From the NCBI GenBank assembly GCA_046314355.1, contig JBKBWQ010000001.1, forward strand, positions 1,024,001 to 1,088,000: DNA of 64,000 nucleotides, in the 5' to 3' direction. Position numbers and translations under genes: made by a program. Source of the stretch: Candidatus Altimarinota bacterium. GTDB taxonomy: Bacteria > Patescibacteriota > Gracilibacteria > 1-14-2-50-48-13. The notes beneath the pieces were generated by a model. It was not told where the DNA came from, made no database searches, and worked only from the letters and a program-made list of their open reading frames with translations. How positions within the stretch are numbered: the stretch's first letter is position 1; each line of letters starts with the position of its first letter. Below are positions 61,143-64,000 of this stretch, one piece after another.

Positions 61143-61694
61143 ATGGACATTCGCCTTTCTTGGGACCTCTTTGTTATCGTCTTTCTTTCCATTGTTCTTG
61201 CATATAGCTTTATCGTAGGACGTAAGCAGACAATAAAGATAATTATTGCTATTCATCTAGCATTTCTTGCTGTGGATAGTTTTTCATATTTTCTAAGTAG
61301 TTTTGGAATATACGGAGTGATGGCGAAGATGTTTAGTACTGATCTGCTTCTCACTGCTATTATCTTTAAATGTATTCTGTTCATAATACTCATTGTACTT
61401 CTGGCGAGACATCATGCTTTTGATGTAAATATAGATAACGATTCACAAATGTTTGGCGGATATTTTCTTTCCACAGCACTTATTGGTGCATTCACAGCAG
61501 CGCTCATGCTTGTGGTAATATTCTATTTTACCTCTGGATACACACTGTCGTTTTTGAATACCAACACAACTTCCAGCAGCTTGGTTGTAATACGAAACCA
61601 GTCATACCTGGCCAGATTCATTATAGACAATGCTCATATTTGGTTCTTCCTGCCTACGATGGCTCTATTGGCGCTTATGTTTAATAAGGAGTAG
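61143..61694 (+). CDS. hypothetical membrane protein (CvpA-like topology)
   Basis: Five hydrophobic helices. Confidence 0.65.
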   Translation: MDIRLSWDLFVIVFLSIVLAYSFIVGRKQTIKIIIAIHLAFLAVDSFSYFLSSFGIYGVMAKMFSTDLLLTAIIFKCILFIILIVLLARHHAFDVNIDNDSQMFGGYFLSTALIGAFTAALMLVVIFYFTSGYTLSFLNTNTTSSSLVVIRNQSYLARFIIDNAHIWFFLPTMALLALMFNKE

Positions 61695-61703
61695 AGGGGC
61701 TCC

Positions 61704-61830
61704 AGTAAGAGAGTAAATGGTAATTAAGTAATTAGGACTTAGTAATTGGACTCAATAATTGAGCTCAATTATTCGAGCCTTAATTATGTGTGCCCAGTTA
61801 TCGAGCCCAATTACTTAATCACTCCCTTAC
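61704..61830. repeat. array of ~13-bp quasi-palindromic units, copy 2 (inverted relative to copy 1)
   Basis: 61704-61733 is the exact reverse complement of 59760-59789; perfect 20-bp palindrome at 61754-61773. Confidence 0.75.
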
Positions 61831-61916
61831 TTTCCTCCTTCAATCCTCACTTTTCCTTGACTATCCACATCATTTTTTATAAGGTGTACACGCTTTCATT
61901 TTTGAAAGATGCTCTT

Positions 61917-61992
61917 GGGTCGGTAGCTCAGCCGGTAGAGCAGCGGCCTTTTAAGCCGATGGTCGCGGGTTCGAGCCCCGCCCGACCCACCA
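61917..61992 (+). tRNA. tRNA-Lys(TTT)
   Basis: GGGTCGG..CTTTTAA..TTCGAGC..CCGACCC-A-CCA cloverleaf. Confidence 0.97.
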
Positions 61993-62134
61993 GAATTTTC
62001 TAGGAAAATTCAAGTAATTAGTAGGTAGTACTTAGTCTTTAGGAGGCTCTTTTTGTAATAATACACCGTAAGAAAATTCTCCTAAGTACTCAATACTCTC
62101 ACTATCACTCACACTCTACGCCCACAGAGCTTTT

Positions 62135-62478
62135 TTATAGCACTTCCAATTCAATCCCCACCACTCCATACTTCCGCTCATCCTTCACTGAGTAGTACTT
62201 TCTCATATCTTGTTCTACTTGTTCACCTGTAGTTCCTTTTTCCCACCCGGCCTTCTCTATTGGAAATAATTCAGGGAGTTTTTGAAAACTTACCGCAAAG
62301 ATGAGATTAATTATTTTCGTTCTGCAGTGATCCTGGTGCTCAGTGTGATTAGTGAAGATAATAATATCTTCTTTGTCCAGCAATGATCTTTTCTCATCAT
62401 TCAAACGTACTTCAATTGTTTTTATACCTTTATTTGAATAAAGGGGTCATTATGTAAAAACATCTCAATAGTCTTCAT
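62135..62478 (-). pseudogene. ASCH domain protein, frameshifted
   Basis: MKTIEMFLHNDPFIQIK in one frame, GIKTIEVRLNDEKR.. in another; shift near 62430. Confidence 0.75.
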
Positions 62479-62502
62479 AGATCTTACTGCTGTAAAGTTT
62501 TA

Positions 62503-62528
62503 AGATTCCGGGGCAGGTCCGGAATGAC
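62503..62528. repeat. REP-like palindrome (AGATTCCGG..CCGGAATGAC)
   Basis: attccgg-ggcaggt-ccggaat directly after a stop codon. Confidence 0.55.
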
Positions 62529-62530
62529 AG

Positions 62531-64000
62531 TTAAGACTGATTTCTCCTCTTAGCAGCCTCAATCATCTCGGCAACCTTATCTGGATCAATAGAACTCTTT
62601 GGAGCTGTCTCAGGGGATTTTGACGCCATTGGGGTACCTCCTGGTGCATAAGGTGATCCGCCTCCTCCGCCTTTTTTATCCTTCTTCTTCTTTTTCTCCT
62701 GCAGTTCTCTATCCTGAATAGCTTTAATTTCCAAATTGCGCTCCTCATAAGCTTTATGATCATCCGCACTCCACGAATACTGTTTCTTTGAAACTGCCAT
62801 CATGCTTGATATCTCTTCTTCTGTAAGTGTCTGGTACCTCTGTTCTACTGGTGCAAAGGCACGGATTTTTACTACACCCGTGACCCGGTTATTTTTGATT
62901 GATCGTGTATATAAAGTGTAAGGTTCAAGAGAGGTAAGCTGATGCTCTGTTACTTCTCCACCAAACTGTTTGGATATAATAGGAGAGTCTTCAAGTCCAA
63001 TACGCAAGGACATGATAGTACCTACGTTACCGAAGATAGCTGCCTTTAACTCTTCAGGAAGCTGTTTGATGTACTGGTGAGCAATAGTAAGACTTAGGCG
63101 GTATTTACGTGCTTCAGAAAGGATACTCTCAAATGTGGTAACGGATGATACAAAGTTCTGGAACTCGTCTATATAGAGACAAAAATCTTTTCGCTCTGCT
63201 TCAGGGATCTCTACACGCTTCATTGCGTCTACGAGAAGACGGCTTACAATCATACTACCTATAAGCTCTGAATTCTGTGGAGAAATACGTCCCTTTGAAA
63301 GATTTACGAGTAGTATTTTTTGCTTATTCATGATGAAATCAAAATTGAACCGGTTTCTCTTTGAAGCAAATACATATCTAATAATTGGATTATTAAAGAA
63401 TTTTTCTACTTTATTGAGTACGGCGACCACTGATTCATTCTGCATCTTTGGATCAAGGACATCAAACTGATTATGCCAAAAAGATATAACATGCTGATCT
63501 GTACAATGCGAAAGACACTTATCTCTGTATGCTTTAGATGTGATTAAAGCAGGGATTTCTACGAGGGTAGCTCCGGGTGTTTCTATGAGTGCTGCTAATG
63601 CATTATAAAGAATCTGTTCCATACGAGGTCCCCAAGAATTTGCAAACATCTTATGAAAAATTCCCAGGATTTCTGTGGCAAGGAGGTCTTTTCCTTTTTT
63701 ATCTACACTCAAGATGTTGAATGCAGGAGGATTTGCGAGGTCGCTTGGATCAAAATATGCCAGATCATTCTTCCGGGATTTTGGAATGAATCTCAGCACT
63801 TTCTCCACGAGATCTCCATGCGGATCAATCACAGCCACTCCTCTTCCCTTCAGGATATCTGCTACGATCATACTTTCCTGCAAAGTTGATTTTCCTGTAC
63901 CAGTCTGACCTATGACGTAGATATGTCTTCGTCTGTCATTATCATCAATAGTAAAAATCTGCTGTTTGCCATAGGATTCTGTTACTCCTATAGCTGATTT
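62531..64000 (-). CDS. TraD/VirD4-like coupling ATPase (5' end outside window)
   Basis: Frame is open to the window end: DRRRHIYVIGQTGTGKST, IDPHGD, YIDEFQNF, ILSEARKY, AHQY. Confidence 0.88.
   Translation of the reverse strand, partial: KSAIGVTESYGKQQIFTIDDNDRRRHIYVIGQTGTGKSTLQESMIVADILKGRGVAVIDPHGDLVEKVLRFIPKSRKNDLAYFDPSDLANPPAFNILSVDKKGKDLLATEILGIFHKMFANSWGPRMEQILYNALAALIETPGATLVEIPALITSKAYRDKCLSHCTDQHVISFWHNQFDVLDPKMQNESVVAVLNKVEKFFNNPIIRYVFASKRNRFNFDFIMNKQKILLVNLSKGRISPQNSELIGSMIVSRLLVDAMKRVEIPEAERKDFCLYIDEFQNFVSSVTTFESILSEARKYRLSLTIAHQYIKQLPEELKAAIFGNVGTIMSLRIGLEDSPIISKQFGGEVTEHQLTSLEPYTLYTRSIKNNRVTGVVKIRAFAPVEQRYQTLTEEEISSMMAVSKKQYSWSADDHKAYEERNLEIKAIQDRELQEKKKKKDKKGGGGGSPYAPGGTPMASKSPETAPKSSIDPDKVAEMIEAAKRRNQS

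Noticed and set aside
59661-61830. CRISPR array
   Set aside because: The units are ~13 bp, degenerate and abutting, with no unique spacers; no cas genes are present.
61746-62003. 85-aa ORF
   Set aside because: It runs across the repeat array and tRNA-Lys, so it is spurious.
1-64000. Alternative genetic code (TGA=Gly, as in Gracilibacteria)
   Set aside because: Long conserved genes are intact under code 11, and TGA ends genes at sensible positions (e.g. 5754, 13162, 27719, 46090).
62531-64000. Conjugative element suggested by the VirD4/TraD-like ATPase
   Set aside because: No relaxase or mating-pair genes are in view, and such ATPases are common chromosomal genes in CPR; the 5' context is outside the window.

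Overview
This 64 kb window is low-GC bacterial chromosome. Gene content and style point to Patescibacteria/CPR (Peregrinibacteria-like); that taxonomy is inferred. TGA is used as a stop codon, so the genetic code is 11. Most of the window is housekeeping: radA, hisS-like, a Gld-like ABC operon, valS, rfbB, thrS, comM/yifB, htpX-lemA, pilD, holB, murF, smpB, topA, mfd, dnaN, uppS, dnaJ with a CIRCE operator, and tRNA-Lys. A candidate oriC lies upstream of dnaN. The main accessory feature is an ~8.6 kb integrated element (37023-45642). It splits a host tRNA-Thr(GGT) at the anticodon loop via an 11-bp core and carries a different, complete tRNA-Thr(GGT) with its own promoter. It also carries two convergent tyrosine recombinases, a highly structured leader RNA and a Lamassu/ABC-three-component defence operon. 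Top finding: the LmuA-like subunit of that operon has no enzymatic effector domain. It starts instead with a ~20-aa Q/N/S/G motif that recurs ungapped (10/20 identical) at the C-terminus of a translationally coupled 63-aa single-TM protein directly upstream. This is the architecture of amyloid (prion-like) signalling pairs and suggests an amyloid-coupled, membrane-effector Lamassu system. All family assignments come from motif reading; no database search was run.
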